From NCBI GenBank assembly GCA_965112155.1, contig OZ218104.1: a DNA stretch of 64,000 nt. The stretch is one strand, 5' to 3'. Shown piece after piece: positions 36,832-46,904 of this stretch; position 1 is the first letter of the stretch, and every line of letters begins with the position of its first letter. Under the pieces are notes generated by a model, which saw nothing but the letters and a program-made list of their open reading frames with translations, ran no database searches and was not told where the DNA came from. This DNA comes from Podarcis liolepis. Taxonomy: Eukaryota. A program made the position numbers and the translations under genes.

Positions 36832-36858
<27 letters not shown>
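36832..36858. repeat. (CT)n microsatellite
   Basis: Seen directly. Confidence 0.9.
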
Positions 36859-36863
<5 letters not shown>

Positions 36864-37327
36864 TTGCATTATTTATTATTTATCGTGGTGTGCTGGTTCT
36901 TCCCAGAGGAAACCTGTTAGAATTGTACCGCACCAAGCTAGTCAATTTTTGAAAAGTCTTATAACTAATCTTTCTAAAGTGGAGGTTTTTTTAAAAAAAG
37001 AAAAAATATATTATTTATATGAAGATATGTATTATAAATATAAACTTTTATAATTTACCATTGAGCCATGTCGCCATGTAAGAAGAAAATGGTGATTATT
37101 TGCCTGGTCAGGGATTTCCTAACGGTTTTCAAACCACAAAGTTATTTGCAATGACAACTGTTTTGTAGTGTAGAGCTGTGAATCCGGATGCCGCTTTTAC
37201 AAACCCTGGAGTTTCGAGGGAGAGGTTTGACGAAATCCATACGAGCTACACAAGGATTAAAACTCACCCATATTTTATTTTTGCTGGTGGCGATCAAGAA
37301 GGTTCTGCCGAGCCGTTTTTCGCAGGA

Positions 37328-37400
37328 GCCTCGTTGGCGCAGTAGGCAGCGCGTCAGTCTCATAATCTGAAGGTCGTGAGTTCGAGCCTCACACGGGGCA
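37328..37400 (+). tRNA. tRNA-Met(CAT), elongator
   Basis: 73-nt cloverleaf GCCTCGTTGGCGCAGTAGGCAGCGCGTCAGTCTCATAATCTGAAGGTCGTGAGTTCGAGCCTCACACGGGGCA; acceptor stem GCCTCGT/ACGGGGC, anticodon CAT, intact A and B boxes. Confidence 0.96.
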
Positions 37401-37407
37401 AGCCTAC

Positions 37408-37413
37408 TTTTTT
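37408..37413 (+). terminator. Pol III terminator (T6) for tRNA-Met
   Basis: TTTTTT 7 nt after the tRNA 3' end. Confidence 0.85.
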
Positions 37414-38179
37414 ATTCTCCCTTTTTTCTGCCCCGTAACAGCTACTCCTTCAGTTTACCGTTAGCCACCAATGCTGGGGGTTTCGGGGGTGGCAAACGCT
37501 GCCGTCCATGCATGGTAAGAAGTAACTATGGAGGAGAGTCGTAAAAAGGAGAAGAATGCGACATTTTAACTGTTGCCTCTATATTGCCCCACCCCTTGTA
37601 GCGCGCAACTGCAAAGGAGAATTTACTGTTCCACGAAGACAACAAGCACACATATCCTTACCACGGATGCTTAACTCTGATTCCTGCTCCTCCCGATCAA
37701 GTAAATCAATAAAAATACATAACAGACGTTCTCCCCCCCCCCCACCGCTCTACGCCCATCCTTCTAACTCGACAATTCGATGCGCCTCTGATTCTATGTA
37801 TACGATGTGGCGCAAAGGTGCAGAACAGGCTGCACTGGGGCTGTGCCATTTTGCGTAGAAAGATGCTACTCGGACATCAACTTACTTAACCATGCTCTGG
37901 ATTTAGGTAATTGCAGAAATATTAACACCGAGTTTATTTTTAATTCCACCTCCCCCCGCCCTTCAACCATTTGGCCATCTTTTCCGCTTCAAAAACAGGC
38001 TAGCACTGGATCACTAAATGAAAGGTTTTAATGATCCAAAGTAGATTATTTACAGGGCCTTCTCTCCCTCTCGGCTTTTTCACTTTCTGCCTCTCGGGCA
38101 AAAAAAATAAAAAACTCCATTGATAATAAGAACAGGACTAGCCGTATGAGTAAACAAAGAAGGCGGAGCTACAAGGCCA

Positions 38180-38594
38180 AAGAGGCGGGGCTTTTCGATT
38201 CCCTTCTTGCGGGCGTATTCCGCAGTGCATTCATCACGGCCGGGTGGGCGTAGCCAGGCGGGCCTGCGTTTCATCCAATAGCAGCTCGGGAGGGCGTGGC
38301 CACCTTGACAGCCAACAACCGAGTAGGGAGGCTGAGGGAAAGGGAAAAGGGCTGGGACGGCCTTGTCCGGGCTGGAGCCTGAAGGATAGGGAAGAACGCG
38401 GCCCTGATTGGCGAAAGGCCCCAGCCAATGAGGGCGCGGGGAGGGCGCGCTGGATTGGCGGAGGACTGCAGGCCACGGGGCGGATCCCGCCTGCGATTGG
38501 CCGGGAGGCGGGGCCCGACGCGTGCCGGCGACCCCCGACTGTCAGCGCGAGCGAGGAGAAAGCGCAGCTGAGGCGCTCGCCCCGTCGGTCCGTC
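38180..38594 (+). promoter_or_regulatory. FBXO31 CpG-island promoter / 5' UTR with five CCAAT boxes and GC boxes
   Basis: CCAAT/ATTGG at 38275, 38407, 38425, 38454 and 38496; GC boxes at 38477 and 38507; CpG-dense through exon 1. Confidence 0.8.
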
Positions 38595-38964
38595 ATGGCG
38601 GTCTGCGCTCGGCTTTGCGGCGTGGGCCCGGCGCGGGGCTGCCGGCGGAGGGGGGCTCAGCAAAAGGGGACGGCGGGCGACAGCAGCGAGCCAGACACGG
38701 ACCCTGAGGAGGGAGGCGGCGGCGGCTGCGGGGAGGCGGCGGCGGACGACGACGCTGCCGAGGAGCGCATCGAGGGGGCGGCCTTGGCCGAGAGCAGCCC
38801 TCGCGGCCGGGCTCCGCTCTCGCTCCTCGACCTCCCACCGGAGCTGCTGGTGCAGATATTCGGCTCGTTACCCGGCACCGACCTGCCCAACCTGGCCCTC
38901 GTCTGCAGCGCCTTCAGGCGCATCCTCCGCACCGACACCATCTGGCGCCGGAGGTGCAAAGAAG
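38595..38964 (+). CDS. FBXO31: FBXO31 exon 1 (F-box)
   Basis: [12 protein letters not shown]...[47 protein letters not shown]; donor G|gtgagc. Confidence 0.97.
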
Positions 38965-39609
38965 GTGAGCTTCCCTCCGTGTGTAGGTAGCAACCCGCTC
39001 CCATTTCTGAGGCGACCCGAAACCTCGCTCCCCATCTCTCCCCCCCCCCCCAATATAGCACAGGAGTAGAAGGGGAGCTTTGTCCATGCCCACAGACAGA
39101 TGCGCAGACCTGGCTCTCTGCAAGGCTTGGTATGAAGAAGTTTAAGGTGGGAGGAGGAAGCAGTAATGAAGAGAGCTGATTTGGGTGGAGGAGCTGCAGA
39201 AGGGGTGCAAGTTAAAGGAAGGAGGCAAAGCCTCAAAATATAGCAAAATAAGGCTCAAGTTGCAGAGAGTTGGAAGCCTTAAATCTGGCGAGTTCATTTA
39301 TCTCACCAAACAATGGTGGGGGTCATGGGTTGCATGCATACTATGCCTTTAAAGCAAATTCCACCACTCCAGAGAATCCTGAGAAGTGTAGTTAACCCCT
39401 CACAGATCTTCAAATATCAATACCCGGCCTTAACAGTCCCCAGGATTCTTAGAGGGAGGAACTTTGAATGTGATTTAAATATATGGTATGTTCACATCCT
39501 GGGTAGGTCAGATGATGCCAGCAGAAGAGGATACCATGTGGCACTGGTGTTTTTGCTTTGGAAATGAATGCTGGTAGTTCAGATGGAAAAAACAGCAAAG
39601 GGTTGGCTG

Positions 39610-39742
39610 GTGGCACCTTAAAGACAAACAGATTTTTTACTGTGGCAAAAGCTTTCATGGGCTACAGGTGAATTCATCAGATCAAAAGCCTGATACTCGC
39701 AAATGCTTCTGCCACAGTAAATCTGTTAGTTTTTAAAGTACT
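39610..39742. mobile_element. Penelope-derived inverted fragment (decayed)
   Basis: ggcaccttaaagacaaacagatt...tactgtggca / tgccacagtaaatctgttagtttttaaag arms; minus-strand CTGATGAA...GAAAGCT. Confidence 0.55.
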
Positions 39743-42700
39743 GCCTCTTGCAGTGCAAACAACAGGCAGAGCTACTTTTTCTGAAGTTCTTACTATCCAG
39801 ACAAAAAGGCATTCTGAAAGAAAGGGACTATCTGTATCTTGGGAAACTCATAAAATCAAAGCTTTAAAAACATCAGGGTAATTGAAGCAGGGGAGCTGAA
39901 ATTTGCTTAAAAGACTTGAGGCATAGGAGTGCCTTGCACTGTGACCTTTTATCTTTTAAAGTACCAGAGCTTTTTTGTTTGTTTGTTTGCTTGTAGCCTA
40001 ACTTGAAACTTGTGAAGGGATATTTAGAAATTTACTCCACCCCTTCAACAGAAGGTTGCAAGACAGTTTACAGCTGTGCAACACACAAACTTAAAAAGAT
40101 AATGGAGCTGAGGCATGGAGGATTCTGCCTTGACATAGTAGATTGATTTATGACCTCCTGGTCTTTCCCTATCCTGTGATTCTGTAATTCTTGTAATACC
40201 ATTCACATCTATGTTTCAAGATTGAGCATATCAGCAGCATGGCACATACCTAAAAATGGGCAGCCTAAATTAGACGAGAGCGAAGAGAGCAGGAATGGAA
40301 ACATAGGTGGATTTGGGAAGATTTAGTGGAAGTACAGTTAAGACAGAATTCAGGAAGTTCAGGAGAAGCTCTTCTCAAAAACATGGATCTCAAATCCTAT
40401 GAGCCACTGGGAAAGAAAGTAGTCTAGAAACTTAGGCTTCAGTACACAGTGAAGTAGACCAGAGGAAGGCTCTGCTGTATCTAGCTTGTAAACTGAGGTA
40501 CAAGAAAAATTGCTGATAAAAACTGATAGAATACTGAGTTATCCAGAAAATTTTGACATCAACTCTTTTATAGACTGCTCTATTAATGTAAAATGCTGGC
40601 ATTTATAGAACTCCACTTCAGTCTTATGAGGTATGAATGCAAGTAAATCACAAACCAATGACATAAACTAGGTCTGTACAACTGTGTCGCAGCAAGCTAA
40701 GAACAGTCCAGCAACTATGTACTGTGAACTGTTGGGTACTTGTCCATCTCCCCAATTATATATTTTTTTTATTATAGGTGGCAAATAACACAAGGAAGCA
40801 ACCCTTCAGTAGCTTCAGGGCCAACCTGCCCATGAGGCAGTTTTCTCAGGGTGGCAAACTCCAGCTGCTGCCTCCTCCCCTGTGTGCCTGCTGCTGCTGC
40901 TGCACACCCACCCAGTGGCACAGGGTGGCAGTGGGTACTCAGGTGGGTCGCAACAGGCATGCAGTGGAGAAGGTGAAGGTGGCAGCATTTTCTGTTTTGC
41001 CTCTAGTGGCAAAATGTCCTGGGCTGTCCCTGGATGGGAGTCATTTGGATTGGTGAGTTGCAAGTTGGCAAAACATGAGGCAACTATACATGTTATTTAC
41101 ATGTTAAAGGGTCCATCCCATCAGCTTTTATTTATACAATGATTAGCCAGCAATCTTAGCTTGCTATTGGATTGAGAGTGATGAACCCAGGCATGGAGGT
41201 ATCCCTTAGTAGCTCCTGTTCCTCAGTTTTCTCAAATCAACACTTGGGATGAAGAGTGCTGCTGTGCTCACCTGGGAAATATGAGGGCCAAGATGATATT
41301 GAGAGTTCAAAGAATAGGGTGAAGTTTGTGGTATGAAGGATACATTGATGGCAGGTGTCATTCATGCATCTTGTACCCGCACTGCTAAATTTGGGAACCC
41401 CAACCACAATACATTTAAGGGGATTGCTTGCCTGCTTCAATTGGTGCTCTATTGAACATTTCCCAGCAAGATCACATCCTGCCATGCACTTTTCATTCCT
41501 CTTCTTCATATTGCAAATGGATTCATGCCCTCTGGCCCATTAGTGAGGACCCACACCAGCCGTATCTGTTGCCAGCTATGAAGTCATGCTTTTTGGCCTT
41601 GCCAAGAAGAACTTTGGGGTTGGACATCTGAGTGCAGCCAGCAACTGCATTTGGGTGAGCTGGAGACTTTGGGTACATTAAGAATGCTGTCTGCAGCTGC
41701 AAGAACTTATTTCTAATTTGTTTGATAGCCTCATTTGAGGATATTTGCCAACATTGACTCATCCTTGTGGATAGGCTTGGAACACGCTTTAAATGGATTT
41801 TGCATCATGTTGCCTCAGCTTGCTGCATTCTTTCTTGCCTGGCATGATTTTGGGCAAGTGCCATCTTAGTTCCATCACAGTTATTGGGGAAAATAAAGGG
41901 GTGGCATCTTTCTTTGTGCCACTGAATGTCATGGCAGTTGTACACAGAGGCCTCATCAGTTTTCTAAATTGGGTACAGAGCTCTGTTTTCCTTAAGCCTT
42001 TTCTATAGCTGGAAGGGATATTCCTGGTTATCTAAATCTAATATAGCCCCCATCCATAAAATAGAATATCCGAATCTTCAAGGGTCTTAATGTCTGCCCT
42101 GCCAAGACAGATTATTATCTAATGACCTGCTTGTATGGAGCTAGGAAAAAAATAGATAACAAAAACCATAACCTAATTTATGGTTAAATATGGATTGTCT
42201 GTTCTTGGATATAATTTTATACCCTTTTTTGGAATTAATCAGCCATTTTCTTTTATGAGAAAGGATTGGATCGTTGTATGTTTTTCCCAATGTAGAAAAT
42301 AATGAAGAAAGCAGCAAATAAACATAAACAGACCATGCTTGGCAGACCCAAACCACAGGTACAGCTAGAGAGTTTTGATATTGCACAGTTGTTGTTGGTA
42401 GTGGTGGAGTTGGTGTTTTTAACTTCTGGTTTGAGTTGATGTCAGAGCTAAGATGCCAGACAGCGGGATAATAGGTTTTGGGTTACTAGCATGCAAGCTG
42501 CTGGAGTCAGATAAGACATGGTTGCCATCCAGTGTAGTGAATGTTTATTTATTTGTTTATTTTCCATTTAGAAACACATATTTGAGTGTGAGATGATCAA
42601 ACTCAATATTTTAGCCACAAAGAATGTGATTTTACCATCTTCACAGCCATTCAATACAGCATTTTGTATTGCTGTATTATGGCACTAATATAAGTGCTTA

Positions 42701-42970
42701 TATAGAAGCAACATGTTGCAGTTGCTGCCTAATTCTGCTTCTTATGACAGAATCCCATTCATGCAGGTAGCATTGTCTCTGAAGCCCCCTAATTGCCTTG
42801 CAGTCAGGTTTGCAATCATCACCAAGACAGAAATGTTTATTTCTTTTTCACCACCGCCCACTATTAAATGTGCCAGCATCTTATTATGGCCTTATTTTGT
42901 TCTCTCCTTAAAAACCCAAGCTCTGCCGTGTGTCAGAAATTACAAGTTTTTTTAATGGCCTTTCTCTCTT

Positions 42971-43073
42971 TTAGATACAGTATCTGAAGAAGTGTGCATG
43001 CACACGAAAGCTCATACCAATGACAAATTTAGTTGGTCTCTAAGGTGCTACTGGAAGGAATTTTTTAATTTTG
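42971..43073 (+). mobile_element. Penelope-like element pseudo-LTR fragment
   Basis: CTGAAGAAGTGTGCATGCACACGAAAGCTCATAC...GTTGGTCTCTAAGGTGCTACTGG; flanking 10-bp direct repeat TTTCTCTCTT at 42961-42970 and 43074-43083. Confidence 0.75.
42980..43017 (+). ncRNA. Minimal type I hammerhead ribozyme motif (Penelope type)
   Basis: GTAT-CTGAAGA-A-GTGTG(CATG)CACAC-GAAA-GCT-C-ATAC: core boxes, helix I GTAT/ATAC, 5-bp helix II, palindromic AGCT helix III. Confidence 0.7.
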
Positions 43074-43130
43074 TTTCTCTCTTGTAGTTCATCAAGAAGA
43101 GAGAGATTTCCCCAAGCATGTCCAACTTAG

Positions 43131-43222
43131 CCTGCATAGCTCAGTTGGTTAGAGTATGGTGCTGATAACACTAAAGTTGCAGGTTTGATTCCCGTATGGA
43201 ACAGCTATCTATTCCTGCATTG
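43131..43222 (+). mobile_element. tRNA-headed SINE with CR1-type tail (Squam2-like)
   Basis: TAGCTCAGTTGGTTAGAG head, decayed B box GGTTTGATTCC, then attcctgcattgcagggaattggactagatga. Confidence 0.7.
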
Positions 43223-43869
43223 CAGGGAATTGGACTAGATGATTCATAGCACATGTGGGCAACTAGACCATGGCAGTTGGCACTCAATGCAGCAATTCCA
43301 GAGCGGCTTGGAGTACACTTGTGGGTCATGCTGGTAACTGCCTACTTTGTGTTGTCTGCATGTTTGTTCCCTTTTACTTTTTTGGAGTTTGCGAGTAAGT
43401 AGATTCTGCGATTTTTGTGGAGCTGTGGATTTCAATTCACTTTTTGGGCAAAGCTATAAATAGGTGGTACTGACTGTTCCCCGGGCGTGGAAGCAAATTG
43501 GCGCCTCTCTCTCCTCCCTGTAGCTCAGCTTACCTTGATTAATCAACAGTTTCCATGCTCCATTTGTTTGTTTTTAAATGCTAAGTGATTTGACCTTTGT
43601 CTTTAAAAGAAAGTGTCCAGGGTGTGGCAGTGAGCCCTCCTGGCAAAGTGAATAGTGGCTTGAGTTGAACAGAGGGCATGAATGGCTAACAAACAACTTG
43701 CTTTGCAGATTCCTGTAGCTTTAGAATGCAAGACAGGGTGACTGAAGCTATTAGGAGTAGACTGCAGTTGAACCAGCTGTTCCACCCTGACCGCAAGCAC
43801 TTTGCTGTTCATTGAAATGGAGGGAACAAGCCTGGCCCACAACTGATAGCTAATAGGGAAGTCCTAGTG

Positions 43870-44114
43870 CAGGGGTCAGCAAACTTTTTCAGCAGGGAAC
43901 CAGTCCACTGTCCCTCAGATCTTGTGGGAGACCGGACTATATTTTGGAAAAAATAATGAATGAATTCCTATGCCCCACAAATAACCCAGAGATGCATTTT
44001 AAATAAAAGCATTCTACTCATGTTAAAACACGCTGAATCCCGGATGATCCGTGGGCCATATTTAGAAGGGATTGGACCGGATCCGGCCTCCGGGCCTTAG
44101 TTTGCCTACCCATG
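43870..44114. mobile_element. hAT (Charlie-like) MITE
   Basis: TIR CAGGGGTCAGCAAACT / AGTTTGCCTACCCATG; 8-bp TSD TCCTAGTG / CCCTAGTG. Confidence 0.82.
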
Positions 44115-45797
44115 CCCTAGTGAGTTAGACCTTTGCTCATGTAGAGTAGATAAGCAAAGGTGTTTCCTCACACCAAGAAGGAATTTACTTCAGCTCAGAC
44201 TAGCAGTGACCTTGGATGTGTTCTGCCCATCCCATCCAAGTATGCAGGGTTCACTTTGACTTATCTGGAGCTACTTGTTGAGCAAGTATCTCTGTTGGGC
44301 ACCTGCTTGTGGCAGAGGAGGGTCCGGACTATGGCAGGAGTAGTGGGTAACCTTGCCTTTGAACAGGGAGTTAAACTACATGGTGTTTTCAGCCTTTCCT
44401 GCTAGTACAGACTTAAAGCATGGCTATTTTCTCTAATTTTGTTAATTTAATCAGATTTTTGTCATCCAAGTTGCTCAGGAAGAGGGTATTTGTCGCCTCT
44501 CCAAGGTCACCCAGTGATCTTCTTTGCAAAATGGGGATTTGAACCCTAATCTCCCCGGAAGATGTCCAGATTATAGTATGTGGTTTCTGTTTGTTGCTAG
44601 GAGTATACATTTCTATCTGCATAGAACAGCTTTAATATTTAATTTTCTCTGGTGATTTGCAGCAGCGTGAGTGGTTGTTTGTGTGTTTTAATAGCCTTAA
44701 GGGTAACAGTGCAGTATTTCTCATAGAAAAAAGAAACAGCCTATTATAGGAAGCAAAAATGATATTGATTTTCTAGAGGTCTGTAGCTATATCAAATACA
44801 CTGAGTTTTTTTACCCCAGTATCCAGTCCCCACCCCACCCCCGTATCCAGAATAAATGACTATTATACTTGGCTTTAAAGTATTCAGAGCACTTAACATA
44901 CATTATCTCACTAAAACCTTACAACAATCCTGCATAGCAGAAAAACAGTAATGGTCACCAGATTGGAAAAGGCTGCTTTAACATGTTTAAAACTGCTATG
45001 TGCCGTACATTGATTAAGGCTGCAATCCTGTACACACAACTGGAAGTCGCATTGCTCAGTTAAACTTCTGACTACTCTAAAAATAAAATAGGGCTGGGTT
45101 AACAATACTGGTGGCCCTTGTAGCTATTGAATTATCAGAGCAAATCTGAATCATGAGAAAGCAAAACTGGCAAAGCCTGAGGACTGTTGTCTTGTTACTG
45201 GATAGCTCACTCTTACACAATAGGCTTTGTTTTTTGTTTTTTTAATTTGGTGTGAGTTAAAGGAGTAACTTTTCATATATAAGGGTGATCTGTGTGCATT
45301 TGAGCCTATTGTGAGATCTTTGATTGGATCAGCTTCTTGGTACAATTTTTAAAAAATTGACCTTTTCCACTTCATATTGTTCCTCTCGCCAGCCATTGCT
45401 AAGGGACTACTCACTAATGCCCAGAGTGCTTGCCTTAACCTGCACCCAGATCTAAAAGTCTTTTGCCCCTTATACTGGAAACCTATTTGTTGTGTTATAG
45501 TTCTGTTCAGTGTTTGAAACTCCCATTGTTCTAGGCGCATTTTGCGACAGGGAATTTCATGAGTGCGAGCAGTTTCTGAGCTCTGGGCACAGTACTGCCC
45601 CTAAGATTTTAGATTAAAACTGCAGAGTAGAAGGAAAGGAGGACCTTTTTCTGCCTCCCCACTTCCAGCTTCTCTCTCAAGACTGGAGAAGAGACCCCCC
45701 TTAAGAATATTAGGGGGTGAGAGGGGAAGGACTAGACCATGTGAAAAATGGACATAATATTTTAGCTGCAATTCATTCATTTTGAGCTTTGTATTAC

Positions 45798-45829
45798 GAA
45801 GTCGGACACGACTAAACAACAACAACAAC
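45798..45829 (+). mobile_element. Ultra-short BovB 3'-end insertion
   Basis: AGTCGGACACGACTA followed by (AAC)5, flanked by ATTAC direct repeats at 45793-45797 and 45830-45834. Confidence 0.7.
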
Positions 45830-46904
45830 ATTACAGGTATTTTTATGAAAAAAGTGCACCTAGATATTCCGTTGTTGTTCCCATAACGTAGGTTTAAGAT
45901 GCCATTTAGCTCTTAGCTTTCATATCTCTGTTTCTAACCCAGGTTCTCTTTAAAATAGTGTGTGACAGTCTCTCTTAGAGGTATGTGCAAATAAACACAT
46001 CATATGGTGTACCCTGAAATGGCTTCTGCAAGTCAGAGGCTATGATCACTAATTTAGAAATGGGTAAACCCTCAGCCGCTGTAGTTATGGATGAGCTTTG
46101 TGTCAGAAGATCTTTGGTGTCTGATGTCTATCAGGTGCTAGAAGTGTAAAACTGCAGTTTAAATCTTCTACTTTAGAAAGCTGGTCTGATTTTAACTAGT
46201 ACATCAAAGGCCTGGAACAAATAGACTCTTGGTACTGGCAGACGGGCATGTGGTCTGTAGTGGCTGTGGGTGCCTTCCGTTTTGTCATTTATTTCCTCCC
46301 CAGGGTGGTTGTAGCAGTTTTGTAAATTGACCTAACTCCTGTGAATTGTTTTTCTTTTTCAAAATGTAGCAAAAGCCATTTGTGTGTGTTTATAGTTAGA
46401 AACATCCAGCAATACGCAGTGCAATGAACTGAGAGGGTGCCATTGCCGTGGCATTGATTGGCAAGGGAGCAGGCTGCACTGTGCCCATGTTCCAAAACAC
46501 TCAGGGATCCCTTACATGGGATTGGTGGGGACCAATCCTGCTGAATGCTTAGAATTTTGATGCTGGGGGTTAGAAATGTGATCATGCACCCCCCGCAACA
46601 AGTTCTGTTTAAATTTATAGTAAAGAGCAGCTGCCACAATGTGTTCCCTTGGAAGTCAACTGCAGCTCACTAGCCATGTGTTGTGGCCTAACATTCTCAT
46701 CCGCTGCCACCCCATGATTTTGTTTTGTTTTTTGCAAATCTTGGCAGCCATAGTAAAACAAGACATATTAAGTCATATACACGTGGAGTCAGTAGCATGG
46801 CGCGGTAGGCGGGCTGGTGGGCAGAGTCTGTTCCAAATGCACTGGTATGCCATTAATGTCATTTTATAGAAGTGGAAATGGAAGCTGAATAACCCAGTTT
46901 TAAA

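Noticed and set aside
38244-38594. 117-codon in-frame N-terminal extension of FBXO31 from a GTG
   Set aside because: It runs through the CCAAT/GC-box promoter; stop-free frames are expected at this GC content, and the ATG at 38595 matches the known N-terminus.
43131-43205. tRNA-like sequence
   Set aside because: Broken acceptor stem and B box with a CR1-type tail attached; it is a SINE head. The tRNA-like heads at 4375 and 9761 are likewise SINEs.
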